NCBI GenBank assembly: GCA_963820525.1 | Contig: CAWGAA010000001.1 | Coordinates: forward strand, 224,001 to 288,000 | DNA from: an uncultured Spirochaetota bacterium | Lineage (GTDB): Bacteria > Spirochaetota > Spirochaetia > SZUA-6 > Fen-1364 | DNA: 64,000 nucleotides | Direction of reading: 5' to 3' | The notes under the pieces: generated by a model | What the model was told of the DNA's origin: nothing | Database searches by the model: none | Seen by the model: the letters and a program-made list of their open reading frames with translations, nothing else | Program-made: the position numbers and the translations under genes | Shown: piece after piece, positions 1-10,682 of the stretch | How the letters are laid out: each line of letters opens with the position of its first letter | Numbering within the stretch: the stretch's first letter is position 1

Positions 1-821
1 TGGACGTGAACAAGAACCAGATCGCGGGAAGCGTCCTGGACGTCGGCACCACGAAAGCAATCCAGCCCAGCGTGATCCTCTCCTACGACATGGGCCACGG
101 CAGGACCCTCGTGCCGGGGGCCCCCATCCGCTTCGAGTTCGTCAGGGGCTCGGGGACCATCACGGCGTACGTCACGACGAACGAGTACGGCCAGGCAAAC
201 TCCACGATCGCTAAGCTCGATTCCCAGACCCAGGAGCAGATCATCCGCGCATCCCTGGAGTACACGGTGGGCGGATACACCTACAAGTTCCAGGGGGTTG
301 TGAAGGATTTCGCCTACATTCCCCCGGCGCGCAAGGCGACGATCCTCGTGCTTGAGCGCTCTCCCAGCGGGCCCAACCAGCCCCCCCTCATCCTGGACTC
401 GGTGTACAACACCTTGAAGGGGGTAACCTTCGATCTTTCCCACTATGACGGCACTCTCATCGGAGACAGCTTCATGAAGGTCTTTTCCGGGGATCCCGCG
501 GCCATCAAGGCTCTGGGCGTGAAGAAGGACGTCTCGTACCTCGTCACCGTGCTCAGCGACTGCCTTTCCGCGAATCAGGTCGTGCTGGAAGGCAAGAAGT
601 ACAACCTGTACAAGTCCAAGACCACCGCCACAGCCCGGATCATCCGTGTCGCGGACGGAAAGATCCTCTACTCCGCGGCTCTGCAGGGCGTTTCCGGCCA
701 GGGAGGGACTCCGGATCAGGCCATCCTGGATGGGTACAAGAACGCTTCACTCGGCATGGCGGAGAAGCTCAAGGGAGATCTCGCGGAGATCAATCAGGCG
801 CTCAATCCGAAGGCGAAATAG
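1..821 (+). CDS. Hypothetical protein, 5'-truncated by the window edge
   Basis: Frame is open from the window start to TAG at 819-821 with GC3-rich codon usage. No family recognised with confidence. Confidence 0.7.
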   Translation, partial: DVNKNQIAGSVLDVGTTKAIQPSVILSYDMGHGRTLVPGAPIRFEFVRGSGTITAYVTTNEYGQANSTIAKLDSQTQEQIIRASLEYTVGGYTYKFQGVVKDFAYIPPARKATILVLERSPSGPNQPPLILDSVYNTLKGVTFDLSHYDGTLIGDSFMKVFSGDPAAIKALGVKKDVSYLVTVLSDCLSANQVVLEGKKYNLYKSKTTATARIIRVADGKILYSAALQGVSGQGGTPDQAILDGYKNASLGMAEKLKGDLAEINQALNPKAK

Positions 822-836
822 GGAGAGAAGGACGGT

Positions 837-865
837 TTGACAGCCATTGGGCTGTCTGCTAAGAT
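837..865 (+). promoter_or_regulatory. Sigma70-type promoter of the V-ATPase operon
   Basis: TTGACA (837-842), 17 bp, then TAAGAT (860-865) preceded by TGc (extended -10). Lies 30 bp upstream of ATG 896. Confidence 0.7.
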
Positions 866-895
866 CGCTTCCGTTACCCCGTAGAGGTTTATACT

Positions 896-1201
896 ATGGA
901 TGTCCTCAAGGAAATCCAGCAGGCCGAAAGGCAGGCTGCTGACACGGAACGAGAGTTTCACGCGAAGGGGCAAGCGCTGGCTTCCGGAGTTCCCGCCGAG
1001 CTGGAAAAAGAGAGAGCCCGGCTGGAATCCGAGCTTCTCACGGAAGAGCGGGCTCTTGCCGCAGGCAGGGAGAAACGCCTTGACCAAAGCAAGCGCGCCA
1101 TTCTTTCCCAGGCGGCCGAGGAGCGCGAGGCGCTGGAACGCACCGCAAAGAAAAACCAGCCCACGGCCTTAGAAATCCTCCTCAAGAAGCTGGGCGTCTG
1201 A
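896..1201 (+). CDS. V/A-type ATPase peripheral stalk subunit G/H
   Basis: 101-aa charged helical protein (MDVLKEIQQAERQA...). First gene of the operon, in the position subunit H/G occupies before subunit I. Confidence 0.7.
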   Translation: MDVLKEIQQAERQAADTEREFHAKGQALASGVPAELEKERARLESELLTEERALAAGREKRLDQSKRAILSQAAEEREALERTAKKNQPTALEILLKKLGV

Positions 1202-1202
1202 G

Positions 1203-3226
1203 ATGGCGATCGCACGGCTCCTGAAGGCGGACATCGTCTGCGCATCGGGGGAGGATTCCGTCCTTCTCTCGGAGCTGGAAAAAGCCCGCCTCATCCATAT
1301 CGAGGACGTTCACACGGATCTCCAGCAGGAGCTCACCGAAATCGAGGAGGACCCGAGCTCGTGTCTCCCGATATCGATGCGGGAATCCAGAAGGCGAAAC
1401 TCGTCCTCGCCGCTTTCTCCTCTTCACTGCCGACTAAAAAAGGGCTCCTTGAGAACTTCTTCGGGTCCCCCCCGTACATCGAGGAGCCCGCGTTCAAGGA
1501 CACGGTCTCGCGCATCGATATCGAAAGCTACGAGGAGCGCATTCGGGGAATCACCGCGGAGATCGACTCGATCAATGCTCGCATGGCCAAGCTCACGGAG
1601 CTCGATGAACAGCTCCAGCCGTGGAGCGGGCTTTCCGCAAGGCTCTCTTCCATCGTGCGGATGCGCTACGCTTCGGTTTTCCCGCTTGTCGGATCGCCCG
1701 CCTACATCGAAGCAGCGCGCCGGAACTGGGAAAAAGGGAGCGCGGGAAGCGACCTCGAATGGCTTGAGATCGAGCGAAGCGAGAAAAGTGTGGCGGGGAT
1801 CCTCTTTGTCGCCCTGGAAAAGGCAGGCGAAGCAGAAGAGTGGATTCGGGCAGCCGGGGTGGAGCGTGTGGAGCTTCCAGACCTCGACGAGACCCCCCGT
1901 GAAGCCCTCGAGAGGCTTGCCGCGGAAATAAACGAGCTTCTGGAAAAGAAGGCGAGCCTCGAGGAATCGCTCCGCGCCGAGGCGGCCTCCAACCGATATC
2001 TTGTCCAGGCCGCCTTCGACGAATACTCCAACCTCAAGAAAAATACCCTCGTGCGCAGGAAGATCTTCTACACGCGAAATGTCCTTGTTGTGCGCGGGTG
2101 GGCCCTCGAGCGCGATCGGGAGAAGCTCCAGAATCTACTCGCACAGAAGATCCCGGGCGCGGAGGCGCGCTTCTCGCCTCCGGCAAAGGGCGACAACCCC
2201 CCCGTGAAGCTGGAAAACCCGGCGGTGCTGCGCCCCTTTCAGACCCTGCTGGAGATGTTCGGGCTTCCCATGTATTTCGGAATCGACCCCACGTGGTTCA
2301 TTGCCATCGCGATGACCCTTTTCTATTCCATCTGCCTCGGAGACGCGGGATACGGCGCAATGCAGATTCTCATCTCGCTGTGGCTTGTGCGGAAGTTCAA
2401 GCCGGCCGAAGGCACACGCCTCTTCCTCAGGCTCTTCACGGAGATGGGGGTTGCAACGGTGATCTTCGGCATCCTCACATGGTCGTTTTTCGGCATGAGC
2501 CCCGGATATGTGCATGGCGGCCCAAAGATCCTGGGCTTTCTGCCCCTTTTCTCCCCGACCTCCGATATTCTCACGATCATTGCAGTCGGCGCGGTGGTCG
2601 GTGCCATATTCCAGCTCAGCTCCATCCTGATCGGGTTCTATGCCAGCCTGAAAAGCGGAGATCTTGCAGCGGCGTTCTACGACAAGCTGGCCTGGTTCGT
2701 GTTTCTGGTCGGATTGATAGGATGGGCCCCCTCCTGGTTCATGCCGGGCTTCCCGAAGGCCATTTGCATGCCCTCTCTCTGCCTCTTTTTCATTGGCGGC
2801 GCCGTCATCCTCCTTTTCGCGGGCAGGAAGAGCAAATCCATCCCCGGCAGGCTGATGGTCGGGGTAATCTCTTTCTATGGTATTCTTGGGTATTACGGGG
2901 CGGTTTCCTTTTTCGGAGACGTTCTTTCCTACCTCCGTGTCGCCATCCTCAACCTCACGGGGGGATTCATCGCTTTCGTGGCCAATGTGATCGGGCAGCT
3001 CCTCATGGGCAGCGGGAGCCCAATCTTCGTGGCTGTCACCGTCGTCATCGCCCTGCTTCCCATGCTCCTTTTCCATACGCTGAACCTCGTTCTTTCCATG
3101 ATGGGCGCATTCGTCCATTCACTGAGATTGAATTACCTGGAGTCCTTCTCCCGCTACTATGGCAGCGGAGGGAAGGTGTTCGCCCCGTTCAAGAAGGAGG
3201 GGCAGTTCCATCGATTCGAGCAATAG
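1203..3226 (+). CDS. atpI: V/A-type ATPase subunit I (a), frameshifted near 1352-1355
   Basis: Typical N-terminus (MAIARLLK...LIHIED) is in ORF 1203+. The rest is in ORF 1361-3226 with PVKLENP, GLPMY..IDPT, GDAGYG, DVLSYLR and HSLRLNYLESF. Adding one base restores a 674-aa protein. Confidence 0.93.
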
Positions 3227-3235
3227 GAGGAGAAG

Positions 3236-3721
3236 ATGTTTTCCATCGGTTTTGCGATCGCGATCATTGCAGCCGGTCTTGCGGCGGGTCTCTCGGCAAG
3301 CGGCGCCTCCATCGGCGTGGGGCTCGCTGGAGAGATGGCCGCGGGTGTGCTGTCCGAAGATCCGGACAAGATCGGTTCTATACTGGTTCTCCAGGCTCTC
3401 CCGGGAACCCAGGCCTTCTACGGCCTGGTGACTGCCATCCTGGTGCTTGTGAAGCTTCAGGTATTCGGAGGCAACGGCCTGTTCGACCTCTCGATCGAAA
3501 AGGGCGTTTCCGTTCTCGGGGCATGCCTTCCCGTCATCTTCGGAGAGTTCATTTCGGCGATCTGGCAGGGACGTGTTTCCGTGGCCTCGATGGGCACCGT
3601 GGCTAAAAGGCCCGACGCGTTCGGCAAGGCTGTCATTCTTCCGGCAATGGTCGAAACCTTCGCGCTTCTCTCTCTCATCGGCTCCATCGTCATCCTGATG
3701 GTGGGCGTGAAGCTCGCGTAA
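3236..3721 (+). CDS. atpK: V/A-type ATPase subunit K (4-TM proteolipid, NtpK-like)
   Basis: 161 aa with four hydrophobic helices. Motifs LPGTQxxYG, QG and MVETFALL. SD GGAGG upstream. Confidence 0.95.
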   Translation: MFSIGFAIAIIAAGLAAGLSASGASIGVGLAGEMAAGVLSEDPDKIGSILVLQALPGTQAFYGLVTAILVLVKLQVFGGNGLFDLSIEKGVSVLGACLPVIFGEFISAIWQGRVSVASMGTVAKRPDAFGKAVILPAMVETFALLSLIGSIVILMVGVKLA

Positions 3722-3731
3722 GGAGGGAACA

Positions 3732-4307
3732 TTGGCAGAAGGGGGCATCGTCGAAAAAATCCTCGAGACGGCTCGCGAGCGCGGCAGGAAGATCCTCGCC
3801 GAAGCCGAGGCAAAGCGGAAAGTGGAGCTCGCTTCCGGCACGGCCAAGCTGGCCGCCGAGTTCGAGGCCCGAAGACGTGTTGTTCGAAAACACGCCTCCG
3901 AGGCTGAGGAGCAGGAACTCTCCGCGTTCCGCCTGGAGGAGAGGAACAAGACGCTGAAACTGAAGCGCCGGCTCCTCGACGGAGTATACGAGGCCGCCTG
4001 GAAGAAGATCCTGCAGCCGGACGTCTACCGTCGCTGGGTGGAAAGCCAGATGGCCTTGTTCTGCCGGCCAGGCGACTCGCTCGTCGTGTCTCAGGAGCAG
4101 TCCTCCCTCTTTAAAAACGATTTCTCGGCTCTTCTGAAGAAGCACGATGTCTCCCTGTCCACGGAGCAGGGACGGTTTCGTGCCGGCTTCATCGTGGAGA
4201 GGGGAAAGGTGCGCCTGAACTGCACCCTGGACGAGGCGATGAAGAGCGCGGCGCAGGAGTGTGAGATCGAGGTCTCCCGCCTCCTCTTCGGGCAAGGAGC
4301 GGGATGA
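3732..4307 (+). CDS. atpE: V/A-type ATPase subunit E
   Basis: TTG start with SD AGGAGG. N-terminal coiled coil (IVEKILETA...ILAEAE), C-terminal GFIVE..RLNCTLD, and operon position. Confidence 0.85.
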   Translation: MAEGGIVEKILETARERGRKILAEAEAKRKVELASGTAKLAAEFEARRRVVRKHASEAEEQELSAFRLEERNKTLKLKRRLLDGVYEAAWKKILQPDVYRRWVESQMALFCRPGDSLVVSQEQSSLFKNDFSALLKKHDVSLSTEQGRFRAGFIVERGKVRLNCTLDEAMKSAAQECEIEVSRLLFGQGAG

Positions 4308-5326
4308 AAGCGGTCGGCGCCGATTTCAACTTCCTCTGCGGTATTTTCAGGAGCAGGGAAAAGGCTCTCGTCAGCCGCCAGAAGCTGGACGCGATCGCGA
4401 GCGCGCGAAGCCTCCCGGAAGCCGCCTCCCAGATGCCGGAAGGCGGGTTCGGGGCCCGGTTTCGCGCGGATCCTGGCGTGAACGGCATCGAAGGCGGCTT
4501 CAGCGAAGAGCTCACCGATATTCGGGAGCTCCTCACCAGATTCTCGCCGCGAGCGGATTTCACCCGCCTTATCTTCCTGCCGTGGGATTTCCACAACCTC
4601 AAGGCCGCGGTTTTGACCAGGCTCAGCGGCAAGGCCGCTGGGGAGCAGTCGCCCGCCGGCAGGGGAGGGCTTTTCGGGCCGGAAGGGGAGGTGAGCGTCA
4701 GCCGGCTTGCCGAGATGGCGCAGGCCATGGAGTTTGGCGGCCTTTCTCCCCATCTCGCCGCCGGGCTCGAGCAGGCCTGGATTGCCTATTACGATTCGGA
4801 CAAGGACTCGCAGTGTTTCGAGCTTGCCCTGGACAGGCAGAAACAGCTCGCGCTGGAAGAAATCTCCCGCTCCATCTCTTCGGCCATTCATGAGCACTTT
4901 CACGTGGTCTCGGATATATCGGCGGCCGACGTGTTCTTCCGCGCCTATTTCTCCCGTCTGTCCTGGAAAAGGGCATCCTGGAGCTTTACGGGACATCCCG
5001 ATCTCGAGAAGCTGAAGGTGCTGCATACCATGAAGGTCGAAGATTGGGGCGGACGGCTCACGTCACTTTCCCGCAAGCTCCTGCAAAAGCTTTTCCTGGC
5101 AGTCCGGACCCCGGTCGACGCATCAGAGGCGGTCGCACGGGAGAGGCATGCGCACCTTGCGTCCATGACGGATTGGGGCTACAAGCCTCCATCGGTCGAG
5201 TATGCATACTATTTCCTCACGCGGAAGCTCGCGGACCTTTTCAATCTGCGGCTGGTCCTTTTATGCATGCTCAACGGCATTCCCGAGGCCGAGTTCCGCG
5301 GGAGGGTGAACGATGCCTTCATATAA
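4304..5326 (+). CDS. atpC: V/A-type ATPase subunit C (d)
   Basis: 340 aa with DFHNLKA and C-terminal NLRLVL..MLNG motifs. Lies between E and F. Confidence 0.85.
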   Translation: MKAVGADFNFLCGIFRSREKALVSRQKLDAIASARSLPEAASQMPEGGFGARFRADPGVNGIEGGFSEELTDIRELLTRFSPRADFTRLIFLPWDFHNLKAAVLTRLSGKAAGEQSPAGRGGLFGPEGEVSVSRLAEMAQAMEFGGLSPHLAAGLEQAWIAYYDSDKDSQCFELALDRQKQLALEEISRSISSAIHEHFHVVSDISAADVFFRAYFSRLSWKRASWSFTGHPDLEKLKVLHTMKVEDWGGRLTSLSRKLLQKLFLAVRTPVDASEAVARERHAHLASMTDWGYKPPSVEYAYYFLTRKLADLFNLRLVLLCMLNGIPEAEFRGRVNDAFI

Positions 5327-5699
5327 GATCGCCATGATCGGGGATTCTTCAACGGTGAGCGGGTTCGCCGCCGCGGGAGTCGTGGGTTTTCCGGCGTACC
5401 AGAGCGCCGAGGCGCTTTCAGAGCTGAAGCGCCTCGTGCAATCGCGAGAGTACGCCATCATCTTCATTACCGAGAACCTGGCGGAACCGATCCTGGCGGA
5501 CATCTCGCGGCTGCCCGCCGCTTCGATGCCGGCCATCATCGTGATTCCGGACCAGGGAGGCGCTCGAGGGATCGGCTACAAGAAGATCCGCGTCGCGGTT
5601 GAAAAGGCGCTGGGAATCGACCTGCTGGGAAAGACGTCGGAGCAGCCCGACCTCGGGGAGGCGCAGCCGCCCGACAATAGGGCAAAGCCGCAGGGCTGA
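5313..5699 (+). CDS. atpF: V/A-type ATPase subunit F
   Basis: KIAMIGD..TVSGFAAAGV, YAIIFITE, PAIIVIP and VEKALG motifs. Confidence 0.93.
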   Translation: MPSYKIAMIGDSSTVSGFAAAGVVGFPAYQSAEALSELKRLVQSREYAIIFITENLAEPILADISRLPAASMPAIIVIPDQGGARGIGYKKIRVAVEKALGIDLLGKTSEQPDLGEAQPPDNRAKPQG

Positions 5700-5721
5700 G
5701 AATCAGGAAGGGAAAGCGAAG

Positions 5722-7509
5722 ATGGCGGGAAAGATCGTCAAAGTCTCCGGGCCTCTGGTTGTCGCACAGGGCCTCGAGAACCCCGTGATGTACGAGGTTG
5801 TCAAGGTTGGAGAGCTGGGACTCTTCGGCGAGATCATCGGGCTGCGGGATGATCGGGCCTCCATTCAGGTCTACGAGCAGACCGAAGGCGTCGGGCCGGG
5901 CGAGCCGGTGAAGACCACGGGCGAGCAGCTCTCCGTGGAGCTCGGGCCCGGGCTCATCCAGCAGATCTATGACGGAATTCAGAGGCCTCTCCCCATCATC
6001 GCGGCAAAACACGGGGATTTCATTGCCCGGGGAATCGAGGAGCCCGCCCTTTCGCGGGAAACGCGCTGGGAGTTCGTTCCCACCGCCAAGCTCGGAGAGA
6101 AGGTGGCGGGCGGCCACAGGCTGGGCTACGTGGAGGAGAGCGAAATCGTGCGGCACTGGATCATGGTGCCCCCCGGGCTTTCGGGAACGCTCCGCGAGCT
6201 TTCAGCCGGGCGATTCACGATCATGGATACGATCGGCACGCTCCTGGATCAAACGGGCGGCCTTCGGGATCTGAAACTCATGCAGAAATGGCCCGTGCGC
6301 CAGGGACGGCCGTATTCGCGAAAGATCAACCCCGCCGTTCCCCTGGTCACGGGGCAGAGGGTCCTCGACACCTTCTTTCCCCTGGCAAAAGGGGGCACCG
6401 CATGCGTTCCGGGGCCTTTCGGCTCGGGAAAGACCGTGGTCCAGCACCAGCTTTCCAAGTGGGCGGACGCGGACATCATCGTGTACGTCGGCTGCGGCGA
6501 GCGGGGAAACGAGATGACCGACGTGCTTCTCGAGTTCCCCCAGCTCACGGATCCGCGCACGGGAAAGCCGCTCATGGAGAGGACGGTCCTGATCGCCAAC
6601 ACATCCAACATGCCCGTCGCTGCCCGCGAGGCATCGGTTTTTACAGCTATTACGATTGCCGAGTACTACCGGGACATGGGATACAACGTGGCCCTGATGG
6701 CAGACTCAACATCGCGCTGGGCCGAAGCCATGAGGGAGATCTCCGGCCGCCTGGAGGAGATGCCGGGTGAAGAAGGCTACCCCGCGTATCTCGCCTCAAG
6801 GATTTCCGAGTTCTACGAGAGAGCGGGCAGGGTGGTTCCCCTTGGCGCCGGGGAGGAGAAGTCGCCCGGTGAAGGAGAGGCTACCCTCTCGGTAATCGGG
6901 GCGGTGTCCCCTCCCGGCGGCGATCTCTCGGATCCCGTCGTGCAGGCTACCCTGCGGGAAGTCCGCGTGTTCTGGGGTCTCGACGCAAAGTTGGCCTATG
7001 CCCGCCACTTCCCCGCCATAAACTGGCTCGCCTCCTATTCTCTCTATTCTGACGCCATGGGTGCCTTCTATGATGCCAAGATCTCGAAGCGTTGGCTCTC
7101 CCAGCGGGCTGAAGCATTGCGGCTGCTGCAGGAGGAAGCCGAGCTCGAGGAGATCGTGAGGCTGGTCGGCATAGACGCTCTCTCCCCGCGGGACCGGCTA
7201 ATCCTTGAGACCTCACGCTCGATCCGCGAGGATTTCCTCCACCAGAACGCGTTCCATGAAGTGGACACCTATTCTTCGCTTGAAAAGCAGTTCCTGATGC
7301 TCGGCGCCATCCTGGCATTGCACCAGGCGAGCCTCGAGGCGATAGAGAAGGGTGCGCCTCTGGAGGAGGTCCTTGGAGTGGATGTGAAGGAGGCCCTTGC
7401 GCGGATGAAGTACATCCCCGAGACAGACCTCGATTCGATCAAGCGCCTACCCGAGACCATCAGGGCACGCATCGGTCAGATGAGCGCGACAGGGAGGGTC
7501 CCCGCATGA
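5722..7509 (+). CDS. atpA: V/A-type ATPase catalytic subunit A
   Basis: Starts [13 protein letters not shown] at ATG 5722. Walker [27 protein letters not shown] and [11 protein letters not shown]. Confidence 0.98.
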   Translation: MAGKIVKVSGPLVVAQGLENPVMYEVVKVGELGLFGEIIGLRDDRASIQVYEQTEGVGPGEPVKTTGEQLSVELGPGLIQQIYDGIQRPLPIIAAKHGDFIARGIEEPALSRETRWEFVPTAKLGEKVAGGHRLGYVEESEIVRHWIMVPPGLSGTLRELSAGRFTIMDTIGTLLDQTGGLRDLKLMQKWPVRQGRPYSRKINPAVPLVTGQRVLDTFFPLAKGGTACVPGPFGSGKTVVQHQLSKWADADIIVYVGCGERGNEMTDVLLEFPQLTDPRTGKPLMERTVLIANTSNMPVAAREASVFTAITIAEYYRDMGYNVALMADSTSRWAEAMREISGRLEEMPGEEGYPAYLASRISEFYERAGRVVPLGAGEEKSPGEGEATLSVIGAVSPPGGDLSDPVVQATLREVRVFWGLDAKLAYARHFPAINWLASYSLYSDAMGAFYDAKISKRWLSQRAEALRLLQEEAELEEIVRLVGIDALSPRDRLILETSRSIREDFLHQNAFHEVDTYSSLEKQFLMLGAILALHQASLEAIEKGAPLEEVLGVDVKEALARMKYIPETDLDSIKRLPETIRARIGQMSATGRVPA

Positions 7510-8948
7510 TAAAGGAATACAGGAATGTCCGGGGCCTGGAAGGTCCCCTCATGATCGTGGAGGGGGTCGAGGGAGTGAAGTTCGGAGAGCTTGTGGAAGT
7601 GGAGCTGGGGGACGGAGCTGTGCGCCGCGGCCAGGTCCTGGAATCGAGCGAAGGCAGGGCCCTCGTGCAGCTTTTCGAGTCTCCCCAGGGCATTGCCGCC
7701 ACGCAGGCCACCGTGCGCTTCCTCGCGCGGGGAATGACGGTGCCGGTCTCCCGCGAGCTTCTCGGCCGCATTTTCAACGGCGTCGGCGAGCCGATAGACG
7801 ATGCGGGCATCGTGATTCCCGAGAGACATGTCGACATCAACGGCGCCCCGATCAATCCCTTCAGGAGAGACTACCCCTCCGAGTTCATCCAGACCGGCGT
7901 ATCGGCCATTGACGGCCTTCTTACGCTGGTCCGCGGCCAAAAGCTTCCCATCTTCTCGGGCTCGGGCCTGCCCCACGCGCAACTGGCCGCCCAGATCGCC
8001 CGCCAGTCGCGGACCCTCGGCCATGCAGAACAGTTCGCCGTTGTTTTCGCGGCCATGGGAATAACCTTCGAGGAGGCCAACTTCTTCATCGAGGATCTCA
8101 GGCGGACCGGCGCCATCGAGCGCGCGATCCTGTACATCAACCTGGCGGATGATCCCGTTATCGAAAGGATCGCCATCCCCCGGGTGGCGCTTTCCGCTGC
8201 CGAGTACCTGGCCTTCACCCTCGACATGCACGTCCTGGTCATCCTCACGGACATGACGAACTACTGCGAGGCCCTTCGGGAGATTTCAGCGGCGCGCAAA
8301 GAGGTTCCGGGCAGAAGAGGGTACCCCGGGTACATGTACACCGACCTTTCCACCATCTACGAGCGGGCGGGCAGGATCAAGGGCAAGAAGGGTTCGATCA
8401 CCCAGTTTCCCATCCTCACCATGCCGGAGGACGACAAGACGCATCCCATCCCCGACCTTACGGGGTATATCACCGAAGGCCAGGTCTTCCTCGGCCGTGA
8501 CGTGTACAGGAAAGGAGTGCTGCCCCCCATAAACGTCCTCCCATCACTGTCGCGCCTCATGCAGAAGGGGATCGGGTCCGGAAAGACCCGGGAGGACCAC
8601 TCCGACGTGGCAAACCAGCTCTTCGCCGCGTACGCGCGAGGAGTGGAAGCCAGGGAGCTTTCCGTTGTTCTCGGCGAGGCTGCCCTGACTCCGGCGGACA
8701 GGATCTATGTGAAGTTCGCCGACGAGTTCGAGCAAACCTTCGTCAACCAGGGCTTTACCGAGAACAGAACGATAGAAGAGACCCTGGACATCGGCTGGAA
8801 GCTCCTCGCAATCCTCCCGCGAGGGGAGCTCAAGCGCGTGCGAACCGCGTATATCGAAAAGTACCTCGGCGTCAAGGATCAGGCCGCCGACGCTGCTCTC
8901 CAGGGCGGCGGCAGCGGCGAGACGGCCGCCGCGGGCGCAAGAGCGTAG
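7506..8948 (+). CDS. atpB: V/A-type ATPase subunit B
   Basis: [30 protein letters not shown] and [19 protein letters not shown] overlap with subunit A. Confidence 0.98.
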   Translation: MIKEYRNVRGLEGPLMIVEGVEGVKFGELVEVELGDGAVRRGQVLESSEGRALVQLFESPQGIAATQATVRFLARGMTVPVSRELLGRIFNGVGEPIDDAGIVIPERHVDINGAPINPFRRDYPSEFIQTGVSAIDGLLTLVRGQKLPIFSGSGLPHAQLAAQIARQSRTLGHAEQFAVVFAAMGITFEEANFFIEDLRRTGAIERAILYINLADDPVIERIAIPRVALSAAEYLAFTLDMHVLVILTDMTNYCEALREISAARKEVPGRRGYPGYMYTDLSTIYERAGRIKGKKGSITQFPILTMPEDDKTHPIPDLTGYITEGQVFLGRDVYRKGVLPPINVLPSLSRLMQKGIGSGKTREDHSDVANQLFAAYARGVEARELSVVLGEAALTPADRIYVKFADEFEQTFVNQGFTENRTIEETLDIGWKLLAILPRGELKRVRTAYIEKYLGVKDQAADAALQGGGSGETAAAGARA

Positions 8949-8953
8949 CCAAG

Positions 8954-9571
8954 ATGGCGATTCAGGTCAACCCTAACAGGATGGAGCTTCTCCAGCTCAA
9001 GAAGAAGCAGCAGGTGGCAATCAGGGGCCACAAGCTTCTCAAGGACAAGCTGGAGGGCCTCCTTCGGGATTTCTTGCAGATCGTGAGGGCCTACCAGGAG
9101 CTGCGCCACAGGGTCGACGATCAGATCGGCTCCGTGTTCAAGAACCTCATCCTCGCCTCGGCCACCATGCCGCGCGAGGTATTCCTCACAGCCCTGGCAT
9201 TCCCCCAGTGCAGCGCCAGTCTGGAGGTGGAGGAGAGGCTGATCATGAACGTCCGGGTCCCCGCGTTCAGCTTCAAGCTCGAAGGGCGGCTTCTCTCCTA
9301 CGGGCTTGAATCGACCAACGGCGACCTGGATAGTGCCATGGGCGCGGTGCGGCAGGTGCTCGAGAGCATGGTGCGGCTTGCCGAGACGGAAAAAACCATC
9401 GAGCTCGTGGCCTTCGAGATAGAAAAGACGCGCCGGCGCGTGAACGCCCTGGAATACATCCTCATTCCCCAGCAGGAAGAGGCAATCCACTCCATAGAGG
9501 GAAAGCTCGACGAGCTGGAGAGGGGGAACATCACACGGCTGATGAAGTTCAAGCAGCTTCTCGGCATGTGA
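8954..9571 (+). CDS. atpD: V/A-type ATPase subunit D
   Basis: NPNRMEL..LK...RGHKLLKDK and EIEKTRRRVNALE motifs. Confidence 0.97.
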   Translation: MAIQVNPNRMELLQLKKKQQVAIRGHKLLKDKLEGLLRDFLQIVRAYQELRHRVDDQIGSVFKNLILASATMPREVFLTALAFPQCSASLEVEERLIMNVRVPAFSFKLEGRLLSYGLESTNGDLDSAMGAVRQVLESMVRLAETEKTIELVAFEIEKTRRRVNALEYILIPQQEEAIHSIEGKLDELERGNITRLMKFKQLLGM

Positions 9572-9605
9572 GCCCTGGGGGTCCGCGCGTCGAAAGGCGT
9601 AATCC

Positions 9606-10682
9606 ATGAGCGATTCCGAGATACAGAAGAGAAAGACCCGGGCCGTGAAGGTGGGGCGCGTCATCGTCGGAGGCGGCTTCCCTGTGTCCGTCCAGACCAT
9701 GTGGAAGAAAGCGCTCTCACCCGCAGATTTGCCCTCCGTTGTATCCGAGCTTGAGCGGCTTTCCCGGCTGGGATGCGACATCGTGCGCTTTGCCGTTCCT
9801 GACGCTGCCGCGGCCGAGCTCCTCGGCAGGCTCTCCCGTTCCACTGAAATGCCCCTGGTGGCAGACATCCATTTCGACTATCGTCTGGCGCTCAGATGCC
9901 TCGATTTTTCCATTGCCAAGATCAGGATCAACCCGGGCAATATCGGGGAAGAGTGGAAGGTGAGGGAAATGGTGGAGAAGGCGATCGGGCAGGGGATACC
10001 CTTGAGGATCGGAGTCAACGCCGGGTCCCTCCCGAGGAGCCTGGAATCTGAAAAGGACGTTGCCCTTGCCATGCTAAAGGCCGCGGAGCTCGAGATGGAA
10101 GTGATAGAGCGGCTCGGTTTTCGGGATGCCGTCTTCTCGCTCAAATCCTCGGATGTGGAAACCACGCTGCGTGCGAATGCCCTCTTTTCCAAGACATGCG
10201 ATTATCCCCTGCACATCGGGGTTACCGAGGCAGGCCCCCTGATTGCCGGGATCGTCAAGAATACACTCGGAATAACCGGCTTATTGCAGCAGGGAATAGG
10301 GGACACGATCCGTGTCTCGCTCACAAGCCCCTCCGAGGACGAGGTGCTGACAGGACTCGAGATACTGCGGTCCGTGAAGTTGAGAAAAGCCGGCGTGCAG
10401 ATAATCTCTTGCCCGAGATGCGGCAGGTCAAGTTTTGATGTTCAAGGATTTCTTGAAGATGTATCCGAATTCATATACAGCATTCAAAAGCCGCTTACAA
10501 TTGCGGTAATGGGATGCGTTGTCAATGGACCGGGAGAGGCAAAAAAAGCAGATATCGGGATTACAGGCGCTGGCAAATATGCTATTCTTTTTCGACACGG
10601 CGAGATGGTACGAAAGGTGCCCTACAAGGACGCGGTAATGGCGTTCAAGGAAGAGGTGCAAAGGCTATGCGGACCAGATTGA
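9606..10682 (+). CDS. ispG: (E)-4-hydroxy-3-methylbut-2-enyl-diphosphate synthase
   Basis: PLVADIHF, RINPGNIG, PLHIGVTEAG, GDTIRVSL, SCPRCGR and MGCVVNGPGE. Confidence 0.97.
   Translation: MSDSEIQKRKTRAVKVGRVIVGGGFPVSVQTMWKKALSPADLPSVVSELERLSRLGCDIVRFAVPDAAAAELLGRLSRSTEMPLVADIHFDYRLALRCLDFSIAKIRINPGNIGEEWKVREMVEKAIGQGIPLRIGVNAGSLPRSLESEKDVALAMLKAAELEMEVIERLGFRDAVFSLKSSDVETTLRANALFSKTCDYPLHIGVTEAGPLIAGIVKNTLGITGLLQQGIGDTIRVSLTSPSEDEVLTGLEILRSVKLRKAGVQIISCPRCGRSSFDVQGFLEDVSEFIYSIQKPLTIAVMGCVVNGPGEAKKADIGITGAGKYAILFRHGEMVRKVPYKDAVMAFKEEVQRLCGPD

Noticed and set aside
821..831. GGGAGAGAAGG after the first gene's stop, also seen after the rpe stop (about 31813-31823, minus strand)
   Set aside because: An 11-nt purine-rich match in two places is compatible with chance.
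1203..1931. 242-aa ORF as an independent gene
   Set aside because: Only the first ~50 codons are real (subunit I N-terminus); the rest is out-of-frame run-on after the frameshift.
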